Source: Clostridiales bacterium (GTDB taxonomy: Bacteria; Bacillota; Clostridia; Christensenellales; CAG-138). From it: DNA of 64,000 bases. Every line of letters begins with the position of its first letter. The stretch's first letter is position 1. The stretch covers positions 21,413-85,412 of the forward strand of contig DUPG01000021.1 in the NCBI GenBank assembly GCA_012838425.1, read 5' to 3'. The position numbers and the translations under genes were made by a program. Below, piece after piece: positions 9,373 through 17,580 of this stretch. The notes below the pieces were generated by a model. It worked only from the letters and a program-made list of their open reading frames with translations. It had not been told where the DNA came from and did not search any database.

Positions 9373-9644
9373 TGAGAATTTGGTGCAGAATCATAGTCGA
9401 CCAAAGGAAAGTAAAGGAATGTACCGTTGACATTCCGATTCAAAAGCGAGCAGAAATCACCGGCAGCGAAGAAATGCTGTTGAAGGCATTGAGCGAAGCG
9501 GCAAAGCTGTTGGATATTGAGAGGCCCTTGGTATCTAACAAGCACACTAAGGAGATTTCCGAATATGGCTTAACAGCATTTTCGCCGAGCGACTTCATGG
9601 ACTCTGTCGGCTTTGATAAGATGACTGTTGAGCTGATACAGTAG
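9372..9644 (+). CDS. hypothetical 90-aa protein, translationally coupled (ATGA overlap) to the upstream gene
   Basis: The start ATG overlaps the TGA stop of the 7711-9372 gene. The ORF exactly fills the space up to a terminator at 9668. I recognise no family and the RBS is weak. Confidence 0.45.
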   Translation: MRIWCRIIVDQRKVKECTVDIPIQKRAEITGSEEMLLKALSEAAKLLDIERPLVSNKHTKEISEYGLTAFSPSDFMDSVGFDKMTVELIQ

Positions 9645-9667
9645 TTTGAGCTTTTATAACCTATTAT

Positions 9668-9692
9668 AGCGGAGCTTATGTTCCGCTTTTTG
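9668..9692 (+). terminator. rho-independent terminator
   Basis: AGCGGA (9668-9673) pairs with TCCGCT (9682-9687), followed by TTTTTG. Confidence 0.6.
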
Positions 9693-9729
9693 CTTGAAGT
9701 ATATATTTTCTGCAATATACCCTTAACCC

Positions 9730-9758
9730 TTGACGATTATAGACATATTTGTTAGATT
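9730..9758 (+). promoter_or_regulatory. candidate promoter for carbamate kinase
   Basis: TTGACG (9730-9735), 17-nt spacer, TAGATT (9753-9758). Confidence 0.35.
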
Positions 9759-9785
9759 AAGAACAGTATTTTTATGGAGGACTAA

Positions 9786-10730
9786 ATGGAGAAAATAGTA
9801 ATAGCCCTTGGTGGAAATGCGCTTCAGGAGGGAAATGGCGCAGCGACTGCCGAATCCCAGCTTGAAGTTGTGAAAAAAACATCGCAGCACATAGCCGACA
9901 TAATTGATGCGGGCTACAATGTAATAATAGCGCATGGCAACGGTCCGCAGGTCGGGCGAATTGTGCTTCAAAACGAATATGCTTCGAGCATAACACCCGC
10001 TATGCCTTTTGATGTATGCGGTGCTATGAGTCAAGGCATGATTGGGTATCACATTCAACAAGCATTGAAAACAGTATTGAAGGAAAGAAACATAAACCGA
10101 GATGTTGTAACAGTTGTAACTCAAGTAGTTGTTGATAAGAACGACCCGGCATTCTTACACCCCACAAAGCCCATAGGTCCTTTCTATACAAAGGAAGAAG
10201 CTGAAAAAATCGAGAAGGAAAAGGGCTACACATTTGTTGAGGATTCCGGTCGCGGATACAGGCGCGTTGTCGCTTCGCCCAATCCTATTGAAATCGCTGA
10301 GCTTAATGCGGTTAACTGCTTGGTTGAAAACGGCTTTATAGTGGTTACGGTTGGCGGCGGCGGAATTCCCGTAATAAAAGATGAAAATGGCAATTTGACA
10401 GGCACAGCAGCGGTTATAGACAAGGATTTGGCAAGTGAACGCTTGGGCGAGGATATGGACGCGGACATTCTGCTGATACTGACCGCTGTTGAGAATGTTT
10501 ATATTAACTACGGCAAGCCAGACCAGCTTCGCCTTGATACACTGAGCGTTGAGCAGGCAAGAAAGTATATGAACGAAGGGCATTTTGCTCCCGGTTCTAT
10601 GAAGCCTAAGATTGAGGCCGCTTGCCGCTTCGCTGCTTCTAAAAAAGGCAGAAGAGCTATAATCACTTCATTGGATAAGGCTGTTTATGCTTTATCGGGC
10701 AACGCAGGCACCGTTATTGTTAACGAATAA
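9786..10730 (+). CDS. arcC: carbamate kinase
   Basis: 314 aa. N-terminus KIVIALGGNAL and HGNGPQVG are amino-acid-kinase/carbamate kinase hallmarks. GGAGG RBS. Confidence 0.9.
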   Translation: MEKIVIALGGNALQEGNGAATAESQLEVVKKTSQHIADIIDAGYNVIIAHGNGPQVGRIVLQNEYASSITPAMPFDVCGAMSQGMIGYHIQQALKTVLKERNINRDVVTVVTQVVVDKNDPAFLHPTKPIGPFYTKEEAEKIEKEKGYTFVEDSGRGYRRVVASPNPIEIAELNAVNCLVENGFIVVTVGGGGIPVIKDENGNLTGTAAVIDKDLASERLGEDMDADILLILTAVENVYINYGKPDQLRLDTLSVEQARKYMNEGHFAPGSMKPKIEAACRFAASKKGRRAIITSLDKAVYALSGNAGTVIVNE

Positions 10731-10753
10731 CAAGCTCTTTACTAATTGAATCA

Positions 10754-10784
10754 GGCGACCTTTCGGGGTCGTCTTTTCTCTTTT
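10754..10784 (+). terminator. rho-independent terminator after arcC
   Basis: GCGACC / GGTCGT stem with TTTCGG loop, followed by CTTTTCTCTTTT. Confidence 0.6.
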
Positions 10785-10843
10785 ATTGGAATTGCATATA
10801 TGCTATAATACTTTTATACTCGTATCGCTACAAAGGAGGGAAA

Positions 10844-12958
10844 ATGAGTAAGCTTCGCATATTTGCTTGTATCCTGCTATGCGCAGTAATGCTATTTAGC
10901 TCTTGCACTTATTCTGAAGTTACGGGAAGCGAATTTGCAAGGATATTTTTAGCTGATATTTGCAATATGGACTTTTCCTCTGCCTATAAGAAAGTTAACG
11001 AGTCTACAAAAAACACAATATCGCAAGACGAGTTTGTTGCGCTGTATAATCAGATAATAGAAGGGCTGTCCGTTGAGTCTATATCCTATAAATTTATATC
11101 CCAACAGGAAAGCATAAACACAACTGTATTCAAATATGAGCTTACATATCACAGCACATTTGCCGGCGAAATCACTGACGAATACCGCTTATGCGTTTCA
11201 AAAGGTCAAAACGAGAAATGGTGCGTGCTATGGTCGCCATCATTGATACTGCCTGAGATGGAGTACGGAGCGACAATTAAAACATCAAGGATACTGCCCC
11301 AGCGCGGCGAGATATTAGCGAGCAATGAAGTGCTTGCAACCAATATATACACTACTGCGCTATCAGTTGTAACGCACGAAAAAACAGATGAGGAGTTAGA
11401 CAGCATAGCCACAGAGATTCATAGGCTATTGCCTGACCTTCCAAAAGATAAAATACTAACACAAATGAAGGAAAAGTCGTACAACGGCGTAGCGTTGATA
11501 CGCGAGTTCTTTCCTAACAGTTTAAGCGACGAATTGAAAGACAAGCTGTCTGAGATAAATGGCGTGAGGATTGAGCGCAGTTCAGTAAGTACCGTAAGAT
11601 ACTACCCCCACTCTACTATGCTTTCACACTTTTTGGGCTATGTGCAAAGCCCTACCGAAGAAGAAATTGAGAATCTGAACTCAGCGCTTGGCGAAGATGA
11701 CTGGAAGTACGATAATAGCTCAAAAATAGGCATGAGCGGCTTAGAAAAGGTTTATGAGAAATACCTGCGCGGCGAGCCCGGGTACTCTGTGTATCTTTCT
11801 TCAAAAGACGGTGTAAGGCTTAGAACGCTATACTCAGAGCCAGCGAAGAACGGCTATGATATTCAGTTGACAATAGATTTTGAGCTGCAGCAACGCACAG
11901 AGGAGCTATTACAAAACATACTCATAGACGAAGAAGATATGACAGGAGCCGTTGTAGTGCTTCAACCTAAAACGGGAGATGTGCTTGCCGCGGCTTCGTA
12001 TCCGTCATTTGACCTGAATATGTTTGTACGCGGCATAACCGATTCGGAATATCAGGCGTTGCAGAACAACAATGCGCTTTTCAACCGCGTATTGCAGGGC
12101 AGGTATCCGCCGGGCTCAACATACAAGGTATTTACTGCGGCTGCCGCCTTAAATTACGGAGTATTGAGCAAGGACTATGTGTTTACGGGAACCATAGTTG
12201 AGGATTATTGGACTCCCACAGAGTATGGTCCTTGGATTTGGCCTGCAATAAAGCGCGCGACAGTAAAGAGGCGTGAAACTCCACTGAATATGCGAAATGC
12301 GCTGCTGCATTCCGACAACATTTATTTTGCTAATGCCGCCTTGATGCTTGGCGATGACAGAATGATAGAGTTCTGGAACAGCTTAGGGCTTGATAAGGCA
12401 ATAGATTTTGAGCTTCCCGTGGCGACATCACAATACAAAGGCAACGAGGAGCGCCACTATAAGTATTTAGCCGACAGCGGTTACGGGCAAGGCACTATGC
12501 TGGTTACTCCCATACAGCTTGCGGCAACCTACTGCGCTTTTGCGAATGGCGGCTCTATTCCTACTCCGCATATAATTGACAGCATTTGCGAAATGCAGGG
12601 TAAGGACTATTTAACCGTTTATCAAACAGGCACTACGCTTTGGCGTGAGAATGCGATTCACAGAAATATTATAAACACGCTGCTACCCATGATGAAGGAT
12701 ATTATGAGCAGCGAATACAACGGCACCGGTCAACGCCTTAAAGTAAGAAGCTGTGTAGCCGCAGGCAAGACGGGCACAGCGCAGATTGGCGGCGATGACA
12801 GCCACGAGATCTCTTGGATTGTGGCATTCAGAACAGGCGTTGACGCGAAAGACGAGCGCCTTGTATTAGTAATGCTTGAGATACCAAACAACGACGCGTA
12901 TTCGGAATTCAAGTTCACAATAGCAAGAGAGTTATTGGAGTTGAAGGATAACGAATGA
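10844..12958 (+). CDS. class B penicillin-binding protein (transpeptidase) with NTF2-like (MecA_N-type) N-terminal domain, probable lipoprotein
   Basis: 704 aa. Signal sequence ends ...MLFSSC. Active-site motifs are STYK (GSTYKVF), SDN (HSDNIYF) and KTGTA. AAGGAGGG RBS. Confidence 0.9.
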   Translation: MSKLRIFACILLCAVMLFSSCTYSEVTGSEFARIFLADICNMDFSSAYKKVNESTKNTISQDEFVALYNQIIEGLSVESISYKFISQQESINTTVFKYELTYHSTFAGEITDEYRLCVSKGQNEKWCVLWSPSLILPEMEYGATIKTSRILPQRGEILASNEVLATNIYTTALSVVTHEKTDEELDSIATEIHRLLPDLPKDKILTQMKEKSYNGVALIREFFPNSLSDELKDKLSEINGVRIERSSVSTVRYYPHSTMLSHFLGYVQSPTEEEIENLNSALGEDDWKYDNSSKIGMSGLEKVYEKYLRGEPGYSVYLSSKDGVRLRTLYSEPAKNGYDIQLTIDFELQQRTEELLQNILIDEEDMTGAVVVLQPKTGDVLAAASYPSFDLNMFVRGITDSEYQALQNNNALFNRVLQGRYPPGSTYKVFTAAAALNYGVLSKDYVFTGTIVEDYWTPTEYGPWIWPAIKRATVKRRETPLNMRNALLHSDNIYFANAALMLGDDRMIEFWNSLGLDKAIDFELPVATSQYKGNEERHYKYLADSGYGQGTMLVTPIQLAATYCAFANGGSIPTPHIIDSICEMQGKDYLTVYQTGTTLWRENAIHRNIINTLLPMMKDIMSSEYNGTGQRLKVRSCVAAGKTGTAQIGGDDSHEISWIVAFRTGVDAKDERLVLVMLEIPNNDAYSEFKFTIARELLELKDNE

Positions 12959-14160
12959 TTACATATTCAGCAGTAAAAACAGTAGCGTTATCGGGAAGCA
13001 CACCCATTGATAACCTGTTCATATTAGAGCATATGCGCACAGCGCCCGAGGGATATGTTAAGGTGTATCTGTTCGCTTTAATGCAGTATAAAAACCCCTA
13101 TTTTGCTAATGAGGACATAGCACTTGCTTTGAATATGAGCGATTCTGAAATAGTCAAGGCATTCTCATATTGGCAGGAAAAGGGCTTGGTTCGAATATTG
13201 CGCTATGACCCATTGCACATAGAATTCGTTGCGCACGACGAAAACAGCTTCGTGCCATCTACATCATATCGATTCAATGATTTAGTTAAGGCGCTTAACG
13301 AAGTATTAGGCACGCGCAGATTTACCTCTACCGAGTTGAAAACCGTATATGACTGGGTTGATGTTTTCGGGCTGAGCGAGGACGCGGTAATAGTATTGGT
13401 AGCGCATTGCTTAGACAAGAAGGGTCAAAGAACCTCTGTAAAGTATATGGACGCAGTCGCAAAAACTTTAGCCGACGCGAATATATTGACCGCTGACGAG
13501 GTAAAGAATTACCTGCTCAATCAGTCAGTAAGCTCACAGGAGGAAGAGCTGGCGAAAACCATTATCAAACGCTGGAACCTGCGCAGAAAAGCCACGCACG
13601 ACGAGCTTGAGCTTATAAGAAAGTGGCTGAATGACTGGCAGGTGCCCTTCAGCGTTGTTACGATGGCTTGTGAAGAAATGGTGTATGCGACTAATCCCTC
13701 ATTCGGCTATCTTGACAGGATATTGGAAACATACAGAGAACGCGGAACATTAGACGCAGACACATTACAGGCGTACCGCAAAAAGCGCATGGAGATTGAA
13801 GAGCTCACAAGGCAGATATTAAACAACGCCGGCATTGGCAAAAAGCCAACAACTATGCAGGTAGATAAGGTTGATATATGGTGCTCTGATTGGCATATTC
13901 CAAAAGATGCGCTGTTGCTGTTGAGCGAATACGCAAGCTCTGCTTCACAACCCTTTGCATATATGACAAAGATAGTAAAGGATTGGCAGAATGCGGGTAT
14001 AAAGAATATTGACGACGCTAAGAAGTACTTTGAGGGCAATGCTGCCGGCAAGCCGAATAAAAAAGCACCTAACAAGTTTGCGCAGCGCAAGTATTCACAA
14101 GAAGAATTGAGCAAATTCGGGCACCGAATTGGAGTTATAGACGATGGCGAAAATACCTGA
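12955..14160 (+). CDS. DnaD-domain replication initiation/membrane attachment protein (B. subtilis DnaB-like)
   Basis: 401 aa. Three DnaD-like (DDBH2) repeats contain Y-[ML]-x-x-[IV]...W/Y motifs (YMDAVAKTL, YLDRILETY, YMTKIVKDW). The start overlaps the PBP stop (ATGA) and dnaI follows. Confidence 0.75.
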   Translation: MITYSAVKTVALSGSTPIDNLFILEHMRTAPEGYVKVYLFALMQYKNPYFANEDIALALNMSDSEIVKAFSYWQEKGLVRILRYDPLHIEFVAHDENSFVPSTSYRFNDLVKALNEVLGTRRFTSTELKTVYDWVDVFGLSEDAVIVLVAHCLDKKGQRTSVKYMDAVAKTLADANILTADEVKNYLLNQSVSSQEEELAKTIIKRWNLRRKATHDELELIRKWLNDWQVPFSVVTMACEEMVYATNPSFGYLDRILETYRERGTLDADTLQAYRKKRMEIEELTRQILNNAGIGKKPTTMQVDKVDIWCSDWHIPKDALLLLSEYASSASQPFAYMTKIVKDWQNAGIKNIDDAKKYFEGNAAGKPNKKAPNKFAQRKYSQEELSKFGHRIGVIDDGENT

Positions 14161-15082
14161 GGCAATTTTAGAAGAATATAAGCAAAAAAAGCAGCGTGCT
14201 GAGAGGGAATTCGAGCGCCGTCAAGCGTATGTGTTCAAAGAAGCCCCTGAAATTGAGAAAATCGAGGAAAGCATGCGCAGCTTGGCGTATGAATTAGGCT
14301 TAGCCCATTTTTCGCTTACTCCAGAAGAATATGTGCATAAAAAGGCAGCGACTAACGAAATAATCGGAATGTTGAAGAAGAAGCAGGAGAAGCTATTAGC
14401 TACTATGGGGCTGCCCGCAGACTATATAAGCCGCATACCCTACGAATGTCAAAAATGCGAGGACACAGGGCTTATAGGTCTTGAGTTCTGCGAGTGTATG
14501 AAGCAAAGAATAATGCAATATGAATATGCAAGCTCTAATATAGACGGCAGAGAGTCATTCGAAGCATTCGATTTTACGATATTCCGTAATCCTTTGCAGC
14601 AGAAGCAGATGAAGGCGCTGTATGACTACGCTTTGAATTATTCAAACGCCCTGCCTGAGTTTACTCCCCCTAACCTATTGCTGATAGGCGCTGCGGGCTT
14701 AGGCAAAACATTTTTACTCAACTGCATAGCAAAGCGGTGCTTTGAGCGTGGATTGTCGGTTGTAAAGATAACTGCCTACAACCTGATAAACGCGACTATA
14801 AAAGCATTTAACGGCGAGCCTCCCTTATTCGACTTTTACGGCTGTGATGTGCTCTTAATTGACGATTTGGGCACAGAGCCGCAGATTCCGAATATAACAA
14901 CAGAGACCTTCTTTTCAATTATAAACGAAAGGGGCATAAGCTCTAAGCCCATAGTTATTGCTACAAACAAAACCGAATGTCAGCTGTTAGAAACCTATGA
15001 CGAGCGTATATGCTCACGCTTGCTTTCAAAGCGCAATACCGCTATTTGCTGTTTGGAAGGCGAAGACCTGCGCCAGTGCTGA
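14144..15082 (+). CDS. dnaI: primosomal helicase loader DnaI (DnaC/IstB-like AAA+ ATPase)
   Basis: 312 aa. N-terminal Cys cluster CQKCEDTGL...CEC, Walker A GAAGLGKTF, Walker B LLIDDLG. Overlaps the upstream DnaD-like gene by 17 nt. Confidence 0.8.
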   Translation: MAKIPEAILEEYKQKKQRAEREFERRQAYVFKEAPEIEKIEESMRSLAYELGLAHFSLTPEEYVHKKAATNEIIGMLKKKQEKLLATMGLPADYISRIPYECQKCEDTGLIGLEFCECMKQRIMQYEYASSNIDGRESFEAFDFTIFRNPLQQKQMKALYDYALNYSNALPEFTPPNLLLIGAAGLGKTFLLNCIAKRCFERGLSVVKITAYNLINATIKAFNGEPPLFDFYGCDVLLIDDLGTEPQIPNITTETFFSIINERGISSKPIVIATNKTECQLLETYDERICSRLLSKRNTAICCLEGEDLRQC

Positions 15083-15136
15083 GAGTAAATATATCTATAT
15101 AATTCAGTTGAAAACACAAAATTCCGTTCGAAAACA

Positions 15137-15144
15137 TGTATAAT
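15137..15144 (+). promoter_or_regulatory. candidate extended -10 promoter element for iorAB
   Basis: TGTATAAT (TGn + TATAAT) lies about 33 nt upstream of the TTG start. No good -35 seen. Confidence 0.35.
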
Positions 15145-15176
15145 GTAATCAAAGCATATTATGAGGGGGGATTCTC

Positions 15177-16898
15177 TTGAAAAAACTAATGTTAGGCAAT
15201 GAGGCAATAGCGCGCGGCGCATATGAGGCCGGCGTGAAGGTTTCTTCGGCATATCCGGGTACTCCAAGCACTGAGATAAACGAGAATATTGCAAAGTATA
15301 AGGAAATCTACGCGGAATGGGCGCCGAATGAGAAGGTGGCTGTTGAGGTCGCTTTGGGCGCTGCTGTAAGCGGAGTCAGGGCAATGGCATGTATGAAGCA
15401 TGTTGGGCTTAATGTCGCAGCCGACCCCGTATATACTGCAAGCTATACGGGCGTAAACGCAGGTCTTGTAATAGTATCTGCTGATGACCCCGGCATGCAC
15501 TCATCTCAGAATGAGCAGGATACGCGAATGATTGCGAAGGCGGCGCATGTTCCCTGCTTTGACCCTTCGAATTCGCAGGAGTGCAAAGACTTTATGAGAA
15601 TAGCCTTAGAAATAAGCGAAAAGTACGATACACCCTGCATATTAAGAGTAACTACACGCATTGCGCACGCAAGAACCGTAGTTGAGCTTGCAGACAGGGT
15701 TGAGCCTGAGAACAAGCCATATGTAAAGAATAAGAAGTTTATCTCCATGCCCGCAAATATGATAGGCAGGCATGTTGAAGTTGAAAAGCGTGAAATTGCG
15801 CTTGCTGAGGAAGCGTCAAGCATGCCGATTAACAGAATTGAGATGCGGGATAAATCGCTGGGCGTTATTACCTCCGGTGCGGCATACAATTATGTTAGGG
15901 AAGCGCTTCCCAACGCTTCTGTTCTGAAATTAGGGCTTGTGTATCCATTGCCGAAGGACTTGATTATTGAGTTCGCAAATCAGGTTGACGAGCTTGTAAT
16001 CATAGAGGATATGGAGCCATTCTTCGAAGAAGCAATTAAGTCTTGGGGCATAAAGTGTTATGGCAAAGAAAAGACTGGTGTATTAGGCGAGCTATTTGCC
16101 GCCAAGATTGCTAAGGAGTTCGCCGATAAAGAGGTTGAAGAAGTAGAGTTTGAGGACCTGCCTGCGCGTCCGCCGGTGCTGTGCCCGGGCTGTCCGCACA
16201 GACCGCTGTTCTATGTGCTAAACAAGCTGAAGCTTACAGTATGCTCGGATATTGGCTGTTACACATTGGGCGCATTGCCACCACTGAATGCGGTTGATAC
16301 CTGTGTTTGCATGGGCGCGTCTATTGGTATGGCGCATGGCTTTGAAAAAGCGTTAGGCAGAGAGCAGGCAAAGAAAACCGTAGCGGTGCTGGGCGATTCT
16401 ACATTCTCACACAGCGGAATGACGGGTCTGCTTAACATGGTATATAACCGCTCAACAGGTACGGTTATCATAGCGGATAACTCGATTACAGGCATGACAG
16501 GGCATCAGCACAACCCATCAAGCGGCTATGATATTCACGGCAATTCAGCCCCGCAAGTAGATTTTGAAAAGCTTTGCAGGGCTATGGGCATAAACGATGT
16601 TCATGTAGTTGACCCGTTCGACATAAAGCTTATGGAAAAAACTATTCGTGAAGCATTAGCAAAGGATGAGCTTTCCGTAATAATTTCTAAGAGTCCATGC
16701 GCTTTGATAATCAAGCAGACGGAACAGCCCTATTACAGCGACACAGATGTATGCAAAAAGTGTTATATGTGCATGAAAATTGGCTGTCCTGCTATTCAGA
16801 AAAAGGCTGAAGGTGGCGTAAAGGTTGACGAAACGCTATGCTTTGGCTGCGGACTGTGCGCGAGCGTTTGCCCGTTCGGCGCAATGAAAAACGAGTAA
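15177..16898 (+). CDS. iorA: indolepyruvate ferredoxin oxidoreductase subunit alpha
   Basis: 573 aa. TTG start sits 6 nt after GAGGGGGG. The N-terminus LMLGNEAIARGAYEAGV and TPP-binding region are present. The C-terminus has two 4Fe-4S motifs (CKKCYMCMKIGCP; CFGCGLCASVCP). Confidence 0.9.
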   Translation: MKKLMLGNEAIARGAYEAGVKVSSAYPGTPSTEINENIAKYKEIYAEWAPNEKVAVEVALGAAVSGVRAMACMKHVGLNVAADPVYTASYTGVNAGLVIVSADDPGMHSSQNEQDTRMIAKAAHVPCFDPSNSQECKDFMRIALEISEKYDTPCILRVTTRIAHARTVVELADRVEPENKPYVKNKKFISMPANMIGRHVEVEKREIALAEEASSMPINRIEMRDKSLGVITSGAAYNYVREALPNASVLKLGLVYPLPKDLIIEFANQVDELVIIEDMEPFFEEAIKSWGIKCYGKEKTGVLGELFAAKIAKEFADKEVEEVEFEDLPARPPVLCPGCPHRPLFYVLNKLKLTVCSDIGCYTLGALPPLNAVDTCVCMGASIGMAHGFEKALGREQAKKTVAVLGDSTFSHSGMTGLLNMVYNRSTGTVIIADNSITGMTGHQHNPSSGYDIHGNSAPQVDFEKLCRAMGINDVHVVDPFDIKLMEKTIREALAKDELSVIISKSPCALIIKQTEQPYYSDTDVCKKCYMCMKIGCPAIQKKAEGGVKVDETLCFGCGLCASVCPFGAMKNE

Positions 16899-16910
16899 GG
16901 CGGTGAGAGT

Positions 16911-17480
16911 ATGTTTAATATAGTAATTGTTGGTGTAGGCGGTCAAGGAACCTTGCTTGCAAGCAAGCTTTTGGGCGACATTGGTTTGAGTTTAGGCTAC
17001 GATGTGCGCGTAAGCGAGGTGCATGGCATGAGTCAGCGCGGCGGAAGCGTAATCACCTATGTAAGACTTAGCAATGACGCACCCTTGTATTCTGCCTTAG
17101 TAGAGTACGGAGAAGCAGACATTATATTGGCGTTTGAGAGCTTAGAAGCATTGCGCGCCCTGCCCTATTTGAAGAAAGGCGGCAAGCTTATTGTGAACAC
17201 GCAGGAGATTCCGCCGATGCCTGTAATTGTTGGTGCGGCTGAATATCCGAAAAACATATTAGAGAAGCTAAAAGAAAGCGCAGATGTTTACGCTACAAAC
17301 GCAACCGAAATTGCGGTAGAGTGCGGTACGGCAAAGGCTGCTAATGTGGTGCTGCTTGGCATGCTTTCAAAGCATTTACCATTTACCTATGAAGCGTGGA
17401 TCGATGCGATAAAGCGCAATGTAAAGCCCCAGTTCGTTGATATAAACATATTAGCTTTCAACAAAGGCAGAGAAGCGTAA
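16911..17480 (+). CDS. iorB: indolepyruvate ferredoxin oxidoreductase subunit beta
   Basis: 189 aa. VGVGGQGTLLASK motif of the pyruvate/ketoisovalerate oxidoreductase gamma-type domain. Immediately follows iorA. Confidence 0.9.
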   Translation: MFNIVIVGVGGQGTLLASKLLGDIGLSLGYDVRVSEVHGMSQRGGSVITYVRLSNDAPLYSALVEYGEADIILAFESLEALRALPYLKKGGKLIVNTQEIPPMPVIVGAAEYPKNILEKLKESADVYATNATEIAVECGTAKAANVVLLGMLSKHLPFTYEAWIDAIKRNVKPQFVDINILAFNKGREA

Positions 17481-17496
17481 AAGCCTTTATGCACTT

Positions 17497-17527
17497 GGCC
17501 GAGTCGTAAAGATTCGGCTATTTTTAT
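17497..17527 (+). terminator. rho-independent terminator after iorB
   Basis: GCCGAGTC / GATTCGGC stem (one G-U pair), followed by TATTTTTA. Confidence 0.55.
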
Positions 17528-17580
17528 ACCCTAATATGTTGTATAATGTAAAATATTAGTGTGGCTTATCCGGAGGAAAT

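Noticed and set aside
9723-10124. 133-aa minus-strand ORF, and other short antisense ORFs in the track (e.g. 13707-14165, 10155-10583, 37506-37898, 40188-40622)
   Set aside because: All lie antisense within well-supported conserved genes (arcC, dnaB-like/dnaI, miaB/mutS, mutS/mutL). None has an RBS or a recognisable motif.
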